Origin: Nemertoderma westbladi | Lineage: Eukaryota > Animalia > Xenacoelomorpha | Direction: 5' to 3' | NCBI GenBank assembly: GCA_032718475.1 | Contig: JAUCBJ010009156.1 | Coordinates: forward strand, 1-64,000 | DNA: 64,000 bases | Shown here: positions 13,507 to 26,100 of the stretch, one piece after another | Layout: each line of letters starts with the position of its first letter | Position numbering within the stretch: position 1 is the first letter of the stretch | Notes under the pieces: model-generated | Told to the model about the DNA's origin: nothing | The model's database searches: none | Seen by the model: only the letters and a program-made list of their open reading frames with translations | Translations under genes and position numbers: made by a program

Positions 13507-14859
13507 AGTTGAATGCCTACTGCTATATTACAGTCTAAGCAAGTCTAGTAATTCAGCATTAACTGCTAGCCTAGTAACTAATTACCGATACTGCTACTCA
13601 GTGTAGCGTGATATATATAATATTAGAATACCGGTATACTTATGGTATATATAAGTATTATTACAGACTAGGTTTTCACAGAAACCGGTATATAATTTTA
13701 GCACAAATATATATAAATATATAATAGGCCTATCGTGGATACCGGTATGCAGTTTACACTTATAGGATATATAAGTATAATATGATATATGTATAATTAT
13801 AATTATTAACTAGAATTAATTACAGAATACCGGTATGATTTCGGCTTATATTTATAAAATAAAAATAATAAGCCTATTGTAAATACCGGTATATCAATTA
13901 TTTTAAATAATTGAATTTCTGAATTTTAAGGGTTACTTGGTTACTTTAACTTACTTTATTACCGTTATTTAAGCAGTAGTCCAACTGATATTGAGACCTA
14001 ATTGTTGTATGGCAGGCCTACTATTTATAAATCGTTTGAGTTGATTTATAATATATATATACCCGTTTAAATGGGTTTTTGTCAATGTTTGAAATAAATG
14101 TTATTATTTCTGGGGGAGTCACTACACATAAGCTGTGCGCTCTCAGTGGAGTGCTACTTGTTAGACACTAAAACAAATAATTCTAATTTACCTAAGTTAC
14201 TTAATACTACAAATTACGTACAATTCTGGTTGAGATTACAATCTCTAAATAAACACAAAAATTTAATTACAAATACACAAATACGAATTTTTAGGGTAAT
14301 TTTACAAGAAGACTACTAACCAGCCTAATAAAGGGTTAGAATATCTGGTTATTACAACGGACAGGTTACTACGGTATTTGAAAATAATAAGTAGTAGTAA
14401 ATATACTGCGTTGTCCAGATAGGAAAAATACCACCGTCTGACGACCTATAGCCGTATCGCTATAGGTACTACGTTATGTATCACGGAGTGTTCCTACCCA
14501 GAAGTTAATTACCGCAGTCTACCAGAACCAACGTGCCTATTAACCACTTTACAACACAAATATACTGCCTACACACTAATTGCTTTCGGAAAGCACTGTA
14601 CACTAAACCCTAAATTAGGTACAAGTACTTGTACAACAAATAATTAGTAGTTAAAAATACTTGAACAGCTAAAAGAACCACGGTATCTGCCGGAGTGACC
14701 AAAGCATAAAATCTCCAGTCTTTACCTACGCCGAGCAGCCCTGATGTAGTACCGGGGTTAGTTCAACTATAACGGTATGTATAACAAACACAATTACTGT
14801 AGGAATAAACTTGGGGAATGAATGTTGCGAATAATAGCATAAACTCTGAATAATAAATA

Positions 14860-15430
14860 TTACGCTACGCATACAAACTACTCAAACAAAATGCAGACCA
14901 AATACTGACAGACTACTATCAAGCCTAAACAAACTACGGTATATGCAGACTCCGAAATGGTTAAGTAGTATGCGTTCTAACCCAGTAGTACGACTTATTC
15001 TTTAGATGGGGGTTTACCTTACAGCGATGGCTGCCCCTACTTCCTAACCGTTCTTTATCGGACAGATGCTTTACACACACCGAAATTTCCTCAAACCCAA
15101 CAGCAGCCAGACAACTATCCAGCCTACAAATTATCTAAATAAAATTATACGCTACCCGTACAGACTACACAAACAAAGTACAGACCAAACGATGGCAGAC
15201 TACTATCAAGCCTAAATAAACCACAGGACATGCAGACTCCGAAATGGTTAAGTAGTATGCGTTCTAACCCAGTAGTACGACTTATTCTTTAGATGGGGGT
15301 TTACCTTACAGCGATGGCTGCCCCTACTTCCTAACCGTTCTTTATCGGACATACACTCTACATGCACTTCAATCCGTTCAGACCTAATCAACAGTCAGCC
15401 AACAGTCAAGCCTACAAATTATCTGTACAA
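14860..15430. repeat. About 287-bp tandem duplication in the 5' leader of element A, with a 122-bp identical core
   Basis: atgcagactccgaaatgg...ctttatcggaca is identical at 14943-15064 and 15230-15351; flanks are more diverged. Confidence 0.85.
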
Positions 15431-15790
15431 TCTGAGCAGGCTTACACGCCTTCTGCTCAATACTGGCCTACAAATAAATAAAACTGGCAGAAATAAGTAA
15501 ACTATACAAAAGAATGAGGGGTGATCAATCCCTATTCCCCTGGCAGCCTACAGTATACAATAGATCACAATCGAATAATACTGCTGTACTTATACTAGAA
15601 GTACCGGTTAGGACAGTTGGACCTACAGACCTACTGAAGTACCGATTCTGGCAGTTGGACCTACGGGCCTACAGCAGTACCGGTTCTGGCAGTTGGGCCT
15701 ACTGACCTACAGATGTACCGTTCAGGTTTACCGGTTGACCGGTACTTTCAACTTTATTGCTTACTGCAATAAAGAAGCGATATCTGTTAT

Positions 15791-16988
15791 TGTTTGTGCT
15801 TTTGAAGACCTTTGACAGTTTAACCTGCCAAATTAGGATGTCTTTTAGATGATATATAGTCTTTAGCCTATGACGAGTATTTGATACACTACATTAGCCG
15901 AAGTCAGTCTATGCGCAATCATTCACCCGCTGGATATACCCGGGAGACGGAATTCGGAGCTTAATGATTGATGGTGTAAGCCTACCGTATTATTCGACTG
16001 ATCGTAATATATAATCTCTGACAAATATTATTCACTTTCGGGAAATATTAACAGTTCCTTTAGGACGTGGCGCTCTAATTATGTAAACAGAGTTATGACT
16101 TAAACCAGACGCAATGAGATGGCTATAGATTCACATATATGGCGCATTCTTTAGGAGATGCTTTGTTATCAGTTACAATCATACACAATGCTGCACAATG
16201 CTGCACACCAATCTGCCGACCTTCACTAATTTTAGTCACATACAAAGAGAATAACAGACAATACATGTAGGGCCTATAAAATAGCATCAGATTCACTTCA
16301 AACCACTTAACATAGGTCGCAATCGTTTATCTGTAACCGGTCTCTCTAACCTTTAGTATATCAAGAAGGTTGGGTGCTTGACTATTGATCAGTATTCCAA
16401 ATATAATCTTCCATCAACAAATATAATGAATAATCGACAGCAAAAGCAGTAATTTTAAGTAAGATATGCATGATATGTTTAGTAAGCATTGAATTGCATT
16501 GATAAGGTAACTCGATTTGCATTGGTATGGTTAGGTTAGTAGTTTGATAACAGATATACGTTCTATAATTAAGCCTACTAATGTAAGACTAAAGACTGAA
16601 ACACGGAGGTGCCAAAAGCCGGTGTTCTTAGGCTCTGGGCAAAAACATAACACTGAACTACTGAGTTCTGTATACACCTCCAACACAGAGACAAAAAACG
16701 CTCTGATTGGTCAACCGAACAACGAGAGAACAAAGAAACAAAGAAATGTCGACGTGGCAATATCAGCTGCTAGCCGTCGTCATGGTAGCGACACTGTTTT
16801 CAAGAGTATCTAGCTTATCGCGTCACGAGATTGCGGATTATGTCCTCTAAAGTACAAATACAGAAGAAATGACGTTTATGTCCTCTAAAACACCAGTACA
16901 GCAAGGACACGGCCTTTTTATGCCTGGTAAACCAACTACAGAGTACTTTAAGGGGAAATAACCGGTTAATTACGCAAAAGCTTTTACA
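15791..16988 (-). repeat. 5' LTR of element A
   Basis: Direct repeat of 4583-5780; I could spot only about 6 substitutions. Confidence 0.93.
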
Positions 16989-17143
16989 CCAGGAAGTCAA
17001 AACCTTAGGGACCCTAGACCCACCCAGACCAATATAGGGACCCTAGACCCACCCAGACCAATAGCAAAATACATTTTAAACTCTATTGGTAAAAAATAAA
17101 TATTATATAATAATAAACATTAATATTTTACGAAAATCCATAT

Positions 17144-18977
17144 CATCGCTGATCTGGCAGAAAGGCCAAAGTGCAAATTTTTCAAAAATGGGGTTTTTGT
17201 TGAATATACAATCTTGGGACATTGCGGAGGTGTGGTAGAAACCTCAAAGTGAGATCGGCTGGAAATCCTACCTGGCAGAAAGGCCAAAGTGCAGAATATT
17301 TACCATATTATCACTTTGCATCTTCTGCCAAACCTCATTATAACCATTTTAAGTTTAAATACATGTGGCAAAAAAGCCAAAGTGATTTTTCAGCCTACCC
17401 CTATTACTTAAGCTGTAGTGCTAAACTGAAAGTTTACTGTATGTACTTTTCTTCTGCTCTTTCTACGATTGTTGCTAGAACTATTTAAATTCATAGGCCA
17501 ATAATAATTATTCTTTCCTTCATAACTGTATATATTGTCAATGATAAACTGCTTCAGGGATCGGTTATGTTACTGAATATAGTTTGTTGTTACAATACTT
17601 TAATGTTATTTATTTAACTTCTGCTAGCAATATTTTATTATTATCATATTAATTAGTAATTAATCATTAAGGGTTCAAACGGATCATAGATTGGTTGTAC
17701 GTTATAGGAAAACTGATTTGGCTTTATTTTGGCCCCTTACTTTTTATTAATATTACTAATTAATACTGAATGTTATTTATAGGCCTATAATTAATACAAA
17801 TTACTATAGGAAATACGAATAAATCTATTTGTAATATCATAAACTATGAGTACAGAGGACTTTTACCCAATGAGTTGCTAGAAATTCTAGAACCAACAAG
17901 CATGATAGACCTATATTAACAATATAGTTATCACAACTACAATTATTACAAACTAATATCACAATAATGTTGTGATGTCTCCAGTGCGAGTTGACAATAT
18001 CTCAATGAACGAGATTGTTGACAATGGCTATTTACCTGAAGAAGTGTTCGAAGGATTTGATACTATTACGGAGGTTGTCTCCAACATGAAACGTGCTGAG
18101 ACTATGTTAAAACAAAATGTTTGTAACAAAACCCAAAAGGGGTTCAAAAGGTGAATCTCTAGAAAATCGTCAAATTAGAACTAAAGCAATAGCCGCAAGG
18201 GATATTCTTATACCAGTAATAGGGAGAGAAAAGGTATTGATACTGTAGTAAGTAACCAACACGAGTCGAATGTGGCTGTCGTTATAAATGTTTCAATAAC
18301 TTTACGTTTGATGATCAAAATCGTATTTTTAATGATTTTCGCTCTTAATAACATCGTCTGCTACCACATTGGACAAACCCAGTTTATTGCAAACTAATAA
18401 TGTCAAAAGAAATTATAAATATAATGTTTCTGTTCCACTTCACGGTTTAAAAAAATCCATTATTAATGGAACTTTAACATAAAAATTCATTATCACGATT
18501 TTCAAGGTAAATTTATTATCCCTTTTTAACCGCTTGTAGCAAAAGATTAAAAGCGAAAATTCCGACTCAACCGCTAAACAGTTGGAAGGTGAAAGTATTT
18601 CTGTTTCAAATTTCATACAATCTCATGAAGATTTATAGAAAAATGGGAAGAGTGGGTGGTGTCACTCAGTGAATCATGTATCATTGTATACAATATCATC
18701 TATACAATTAACAATAATCATCACTTTGACTTTTTTGCCAGACATATTGTAATATATTTTAGAAAATTATTGGTGCCAAAAGGTCAAAGTGACCCAGAAA
18801 CCAGCTAAATATATTTTTTACAAAAAAAGTAATGTTTGCACGTATGGGGAATTATTTAATTAGTATACGTTCCAAAATTCAGCGTAATTCATTTATTTTT
18901 TAAAAAGTTATAAATAAAAACTCGATTATTTCAGAATTTCATTTTTACACTTTGTCTTTTCTGCCAGATCAGCGACG
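17144..18977 (+). mobile_element. Sola1-like DNA transposon, degenerate
   Basis: About 30-bp TIRs catcgctgatctggcagaaaggccaaagtg / cactttgtcttttctgccagatcagcgacg, ATAT (AWWT) 4-bp TSD at 17140-17143 and 18978-18981, internal broken ORF ECGCRYKCFNNFTFDDQNRIFNDF resembling a Sola transposase N-terminus. Confidence 0.7.
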
Positions 18978-20279
18978 ATATCAACGGACCCATATAATTA
19001 CCGCCCTGTTTCTCTGTATCGTGCAAACTTATGGAACTTTGTATAAAAAACTAACAAGCTGATTATTTACTCATAAATAAAACTAGAAACGGGCCTAGCG
19101 GCCCGTTAAGGTACCGACTTTTTCTTTCAAATAAAACAGACATGATAAATAGTATAGAACTAATTATGTAAAAATACAATCATATTTCATACAATAATTA
19201 TTAAAATTCGATCTATTATTAGTTGCTTAATTCTAGAACAAAATCGACATGCAAATAATCAAGACCTCGTTTTGGAATTTCGAAATCATGCTGGTCCGAT
19301 GCGCGATATCGAGTTTAGTTTATAAAATGAAAACTCTATCAACTCATGTGCAACCAGTAATAAGAAATCGTGATAAATGTAATTAAATACAAATTATTGA
19401 AAACCCCATCGAATTCCGTAAAGGCGTTAATAAAATATTGCAACTTTTTTGAAATTCGTAAAATTTCAGAACTAGAAAAAATTAATTTTTGAACGGCGAT
19501 GTTTGGGGTTTCGAAACATGGATAGGCTGAAAGAGGACATCGAACTAAGTTGAAAAATAAAAACCCCATTGAATTTGGACCAAGCGTTCCGGAGATACTG
19601 TATAGCAGATGGAAAATAATTTACCAGTCGCCAAAAAATTAGGCAAATTTAAAATAAATTTTTTGCGTTATTTTTCATTGGGAATTGATTGGCAGTACTG
19701 GCTACAAAATTATTTTTGTTTTATTTTTGGTGGGAAAATTATTTTATTATTTTGCATTGAGTATTATGTAGGTAGGGGAGGACTCTTATATATTCTGAGC
19801 GGTACCCTACATGGTTAACGGTACACCAGGCATTTCTGATCGGTATTCTAGGATGGCTAACGGTTTCTACCGATAAAATTTACCTCCATGGCGAGCAATT
19901 GATCGGCACGAGGCGTTCAGGATCGATAGCAAAGCTTATACTCATCGGCATAGTAGAACAGCATACCTACTGTACTGTTTAAACACCGTAGCAGTTGGGA
20001 TCAAACCTTGGATGGCATCGGGACCTTTGGATTAACTAAAGCAGACCGTTCAAAGGCTACCATCCTAAGGCAACTAACGGCGTAGAGTATCGTTCAGCAT
20101 CGTAGATTACGGTTCTGAATGGGTGTCAAACTCTCCCTCCCCTTGGATACATTTTCAAGTAATTGCGTATATAAGTTAATGAAATGTTATCGCATTCGGT
20201 TTGTTGTTTTGGTTAAAACTTTTGGAACCTTCTTTGAAAGTTCATTATGAAAAATTGAAACAAAAATAAAATTGTATCG

Positions 20280-21180
20280 AAGGCGCAGCAAGGTTTTGTG
20301 AAATGTAGATTGATATGTACTCAACTTTTGGAATGTTCAAATGAATGGTACAAGGTTTTAGATTTAGACAAACGCTATACAGTTGATGTTGTATAAATAT
20401 GTCGATTTAGCCAAGGCATTCGATTCAGTTGTTCACCGGAAGTTGATACATAAATTGGCCAGTTATGGGGTAACCGGTGATTTGTTATGTTGGATTGAAG
20501 CTTTTCTCTGTAATCGTATTCTGAATGTAATTATTGGTAATAGGATTATTGTAGAGATTAAGGGATTACTTTTTCTGTGAACTTGAAATTTGATTTGCAT
20601 TGTAAATTGCAAAGCTGCAAAAACTTTCAAAATTGCAAACTTAATTTTCAGGTGCTTTCAGACTAGTAACTTGAGTGCATTATTAACGGCTTACAAATCC
20701 TATGTGAGACCGCTTGTAGAATATTGTACACCGGTGGTCCCCTTTCCATCTGAGTTCTATACTGTAGATTTAATAGAAAGAGTGCAACGTTACTTTACAC
20801 GTACATTAGACTATTTGCTCGATGTGGACTCAGTAGCCGAAGTTATCTGGAACGTTTGCAATACTTTTACGTTTGCAGTACGTAGGATTGTTTACGATTT
20901 AAAGATGACTTATTGCATAATTAACAATGTTGTTGATTTAGACTATGATATATTTTTCAAAAGTGCTAGTAGGCCAGGGTCGAGAGGTCATAATTACAAA
21001 CTGTTTCGACAACGTTCCAGGCTCCAGTTTAGTAAATTCTCCTTTGGTAATCGAATAGTTAATATATAGAATAATTTACCGGTTGAGGTCATAAACTCGA
21101 CGAACAAAGATATATTTTATTCGATGGTAAAAAATGTTAATCTACTGAGGTATTGTAAATTTAATAGAGCTTTGTAAATA
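20280..21180 (+). mobile_element. CR1/L2-like LINE RT 3' fragment, degenerate
   Basis: DLAKAFDSVVHRKLIHKLASYG, YKSYVRPLVEYC, IERVQRYFTR, RGHNYKL, FGNRIVN.*NNLP. Confidence 0.85.
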
Positions 21181-21435
21181 CAGTATATTCAACTGAATCA
21201 CTAGTAGACCCTATTGTATTTTATTGGTGTGTTTTAAATTAGGAAATATTCACCTGATCCTGTTAGTGTTCGCTACGCGAACGTATCATACATATCACCT
21301 GAACTACGTACTGACGTAACCTTGGTGCTTTTCTCCCTCTCTTAATATTATATGAGGTGTTTAATAATAATAATGTATTATGCTTTGGCACTTAATCTTA
21401 ATGTCAAATCTTTAATATTCGGTTCCAAATTTGCC

Positions 21436-21773
21436 TACTACTACTACTAAGTCGAGCGAACTCGGATAGGGGAAATGAGATCCTTCCAGGCTTCCCGATT
21501 CTCCATACTGTAGTTGTCGCAATTTCGTTTCTCCCAAGTTCAGTATCCCTTTCAAGTTGATCTATATATGTTATGGCCGCATTGCCAGAAAAGTGCATCT
21601 GGTATGACCTCGTCTTTACTTCGCCAGCAGTGCCCACTGAATCTTAATCTACGTTCACGGAGGGTGGTTGATACAGGTGGTATTGTACCATAAAGCTCGG
21701 CATTTGTCATGTGTTGTCTCCAGCTGATGTTTAGGGCTGCCCTTAGTAGTCTTGTGTAGCAACCATCAATCAA
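21436..21773 (-). mobile_element. RTE-like LINE 3' end with (TAG)n tail
   Basis: DGCYTRLLRAALNISWRQHMTNAELYG...RERRLRFSGHCWR; ctactactacta on + marks the microsatellite tail. Confidence 0.75.
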
Positions 21774-22536
21774 ATTTGCCTAATTTTTCTTAATTCGGTT
21801 CGGTTCCGTTTCGGCAAATTCAATTCGGTCGATCAATACCTGGTACTGTACCCTACTGCACTAAACTGTATTATCCATCACGTACACACTACATGTACCT
21901 GTCAGCGGGTGTTTGAAAAAGGTGGACTGGACACTGGAAGCATGGACAATGGGCAGACCAATCACGGGCGATTAGCGTCACACAGCATGTCCACCTTTTT
22001 CAGCTTTGTTGTCCACCTTTTTCAAATTTGAATAAGGTGGACTGGGTTGAGAAAGAACAGGCTGAATTGACCAATCAGATTGATTTGCACATTATAGCAG
22101 CTCTGTCCACGTTTTTCAAAAAAATTCAGAAGATTTTTATGGATTTTTATTGTTGTTACTAGAAAGCCAGCAAGCTGGCTTTAAACGAACCTGACCCTCA
22201 AACCAGTACCCTGAGTGAGTGAAAATGAAAACACGAAAATTGCCATCAATTCAACGATAGAAACACCAGTTGCTGGTACTCATGAGGGCCTAATAAGCTA
22301 CTACTATTTATTGAATGGATAGCCCAAACTGCAGAGAAGTATTACTTGCCAAATTTATTACTATCTTACTCTAACCCAGACAGTAATCAAACATCAACTG
22401 TTATTTTGTATAATGTATTACCCCCCAGCTGAATAGCTCTTCCCAGTGAATCCTATAGGAATATCATTGTAAGCACTGGGCCGTTCAAATGTTTTATAGG
22501 TTGATAATAATGAATGAGTAGGGACCCAACTAAAAC

Positions 22537-23080
22537 TGTTAGCTTATTCAATCCCGCTAACACCCCATAAAGTTATAAGCCGATAAGCAATATTGGGAGC
22601 CACGAGATTGGGTAATTAACCAACTCGTGCCATCCCAATAAGAATGGGAAGGAGAAGCACACAATGAGGGTCAGGGGCCAAACCCCTAACCCAGAGAGAA
22701 TAGGTGGAGTGAACGGGAACACTCCAAAGGGCGCCAACAAGGGTATCAACCAATCAGAGGGGGGAAAGGCATCGATTAGGTAGAGTAACAAGGCCAACCG
22801 TGCAATATAGCCACTTGGCAGTAATCATACCAATTCAGTTATCTCAGTGCAATACCGGTGCTAGATTAAGTTACATAGTTTAGCTAGGGAAGGACCGGGA
22901 CTTTAGTTACCGTATCCCGCCTTCCGTATACGACAATATTATCTCATATCTATATCTATATCTATATCTGCATATCATATTATATACGACAAACAGCACA
23001 AACTCATTCACTCCTTATACACGGCGGGGACGCGTGAACTAACAACGGATAAACCGGGATCCCTCTTGGATCCCGTCACA
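22537..23080 (+). repeat. 5' LTR of element B (3' end at 23044 ..ctaaca or 23080 ..gtcaca)
   Basis: Near-identical to 36010-36556; starts with TG and both candidate ends finish in CA. Confidence 0.85.
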
Positions 23081-23147
23081 GTAACTAAACCAGCTGCCGC
23101 CCTAGATAAACTCAGTAACCACCAGCCACCAAATCTGCAGAAGAAAG

Positions 23148-26100
23148 ATGAGTCAGTCGGGTGAGATAACACCGACGCGGACCCCGGACGAAGAGCTAAC
23201 GATCCGCGAGGCCGCAACCAGGCGATACAGGCCCACAACGCCGGACCCATCGGTAACGGGTCATCCGGCAGTTCAGGACGAGGGGGGCCTGGAACCCGAG
23301 GTCGAGCCGAGAGGAAGAGAGAGCGAGACGGAGGGAGACGGAGACGAGTCGACACAAGGCGGGGGTCGACGCACCGGTGTCGCCGGCCAGCCACAGGCCG
23401 AGGGCGACGAACGGGCCACCGAAACGGCGACGGTGGGGCCGACGGTGCGGCCCCGGACGCAGAGAGACGAAGGAGATATCGGTACCGATGTCGCCGGCCA
23501 GCCACAGGCCGAGGGCGACGGACGGCCCGCCGGAACGGCGACGGTGGGGCCGCCGGTACGACGTCGGACCCGGAGAGACGGAAGAGAGATCGGCGACGAG
23601 GACGTCGGGGTTTCTGATCGACTTCGACGGGCCTACAACGCGACCCAGAGACTACTAAAGGACGCTAAGAAGGAAGGGGCGAAGATAGACGAGGTGAGAC
23701 TGAGGAAACGACTAGGTGAGTCGGATAGACACTTTAATTACCTAATGCGTTTTGGGCAGAGAGAACTAGCCGAGGAGAGAGCGAAAGGGATTGCCAGTGA
23801 ACTGTTCGAACTATGGGAATGTGGGAGTATGGAACCTAGCGTAGCGTCAGTGTACATAGGGCCATACTTGGTCGATGCCCGGGGAGTAAAATTAGTGGGT
23901 TGGAGGGGACCAGAAGGGGGCGAATCCGAGGTTAACCCCGAGGATTCGGCCTCATCGGTCGGAGGAAGTTCCGGGAAGCGGGGGAAAGTTAGTAGATCGG
24001 GAAGGCGGAGGGAGTCCGTCGTAACCGATAAGTCTGCTACATCCTCCGCGAAAGAAAGACTGGTGAGAGAGGCAGGTGCCGCGTACCGTCTCGAGCTGAT
24101 AGAGCAAGGTCAGAGGGAAATGGATAAACGGCTAGAGGAGGGGAGAATGCGGCTAGAGAGGGAAGCGGCATTGATTAGAGAAACCGGAGAGAAGGCCGAA
24201 AGGGCTTTGAGAAGCCTTAGGGAGTATGATGAAATAGAGTTGAAGGAACAAGAGGAGCGTGTGGCGAGAGAGAAAAGTGAACGCGAGAAACGTGAGGTGA
24301 GAGAGAAAAGTGAACGCAAGGAGCGTGAGGCGAAGTGGGAAAGTGAACGAAAGGAACGTGAGGCGGAACGCGAGAAACGTGAGGCGAGGGAGGAAAGTGA
24401 ACGCAGAGAGCGTGAAGCGAGACGAAGGGAGAGCGCTAGGAGAGTAGCAGAGTTGGCTGGCCAGGACGCGCGGGAGTGTGAGAGGAGAATGGCAGAAGCT
24501 GAGCGAGAGCAAAAGGAATTAGAGAGACGCCAAAGTGAGCTTTCGGGACACAGGATTAGACGCGCGCACGAGTTGCAAATGGTGCGGGCGGGGGCGTCTG
24601 AGAGCGAGACTGGCTCGAGTATTTTAGAGGAGCCAGGGGCCGTGGATACATTTATTAATACCCCACTTACAGGGACCGCACGACAGACCCAAAACTGGTG
24701 TGACCGTACGGGCGGGGGGGGGGGGGTAATAATGATAATGGTACAGTAGACGTGGTTAATATTAATAGTACCGTATGGGATAATTCTAATCAAACCTTTA
24801 TTGCAGGAAATACTTTGCCTAGTGGTAGTAATTTAAATTTAAATCAGAATAATCCTAATATTAATGTAGAAAATAATTCTAATATTAACGTAGTTACACA
24901 AAATAATTCAAATAATTTAAATAATGATCCAAGCCCGAATTTACAAAATAATTCAAATGATTTTATTTCGAACGAACAAATTAATTCCGTTTCCAATATG
25001 GGTGCTATTAATGTAAACACGTCGGGCGTGTATGGCCAGACAGATGGGGCCCTGGTAGGCCACGTAGTTAGTAGGCCGGAAGTAGCTGGGTTAGGTAGAC
25101 CCGGCGAGGGCCTGGTAGGCCACGTAGTTGGTAGGCAGGAAGTGGCTGGGTTAGGTAAACCCGGCGAGGGCCTGGTAGGCCACGTAGTTGGTAGGCAGGG
25201 AGTGGCTGGGTTGGGTAGACCCGGCGAGGGCCTGGTAGGCCACGTAGTTGGTAGGCAGGGAGTGGCTGGGTTGGATGGACCCAGCGAGGGCCTGGTAGGC
25301 CACATAGTCGGTAGGCAGGGAGCAGAGGGCCTGGTAGGCCACGCAATAGCAGAGAGAGAGGCGGGGGTGAATAGACCCGACCATGATAGGGTTGATGTGT
25401 CGACTAGAGAGGGATATAGTAGCGGGATGAGAGATAGCGAAGTTAGATGTGGCGAGGGGGTGGGGGGCTATGAGAGCCCCACAACAGCGAGTTAGCGGCG
25501 AAAGGGGGGGGGGCAGAGAGTGTCCCACAGCCGTCAGCGGATAATGCGCGGGCCGAAATAGGTAAACCGCAACAACCGGCGACGGAAAGTAATAGGGGGA
25601 TTGCGAGTATCCCCAGCGGCGTGCGACCCAGCAGACCATACTGAGCCATAGGCCATACTGAGAGAGGCAATGTAGGCGATGGGATAGCGTGGACAACGGG
25701 ATTAAACCCGGAAGTCGCGGAATACATACCGGCGGGTAGGCCAGAAGCTGATAGGCCTATACCGGTACCAGTACAGCAGTATGACTACAGCATGCAGGGA
25801 CATAACATATACCCAGGGGAGGGGGGAATTATTGCGGATAGGTGCATGGGCCCCAACATATTAACATCAACCCCAGTACCAAACATACCGGTGGGGGGGG
25901 GACAGGGTGACATTCCCCCATCACAATATCAACAATATAACCCGATAGGAGCAAGAACAACGAGACCCTTGGATGAGAATAGGTCGTGTGACACAGAAAT
26001 ATGGAGGGGGCCGCTACCCCCGATGACATACCCAAGTCAGAGAAGATCGAGAAATAGGACGGACGAACCGCACCAGACAGGAGAAACTATACAGCACCCG

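Larger units (their letters stand above)
4583..16988 (-). mobile_element. BEL/Pao LTR retrotransposon A, non-autonomous deletion derivative, recent insertion
   Basis: Two 1198-bp direct repeats with TG...CA ends (4583-5780, 15791-16988); 5-bp TSD CCAGG at 4578-4582 and 16989-16993; internal BEL-type gag and protease on the minus strand. Confidence 0.95.
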
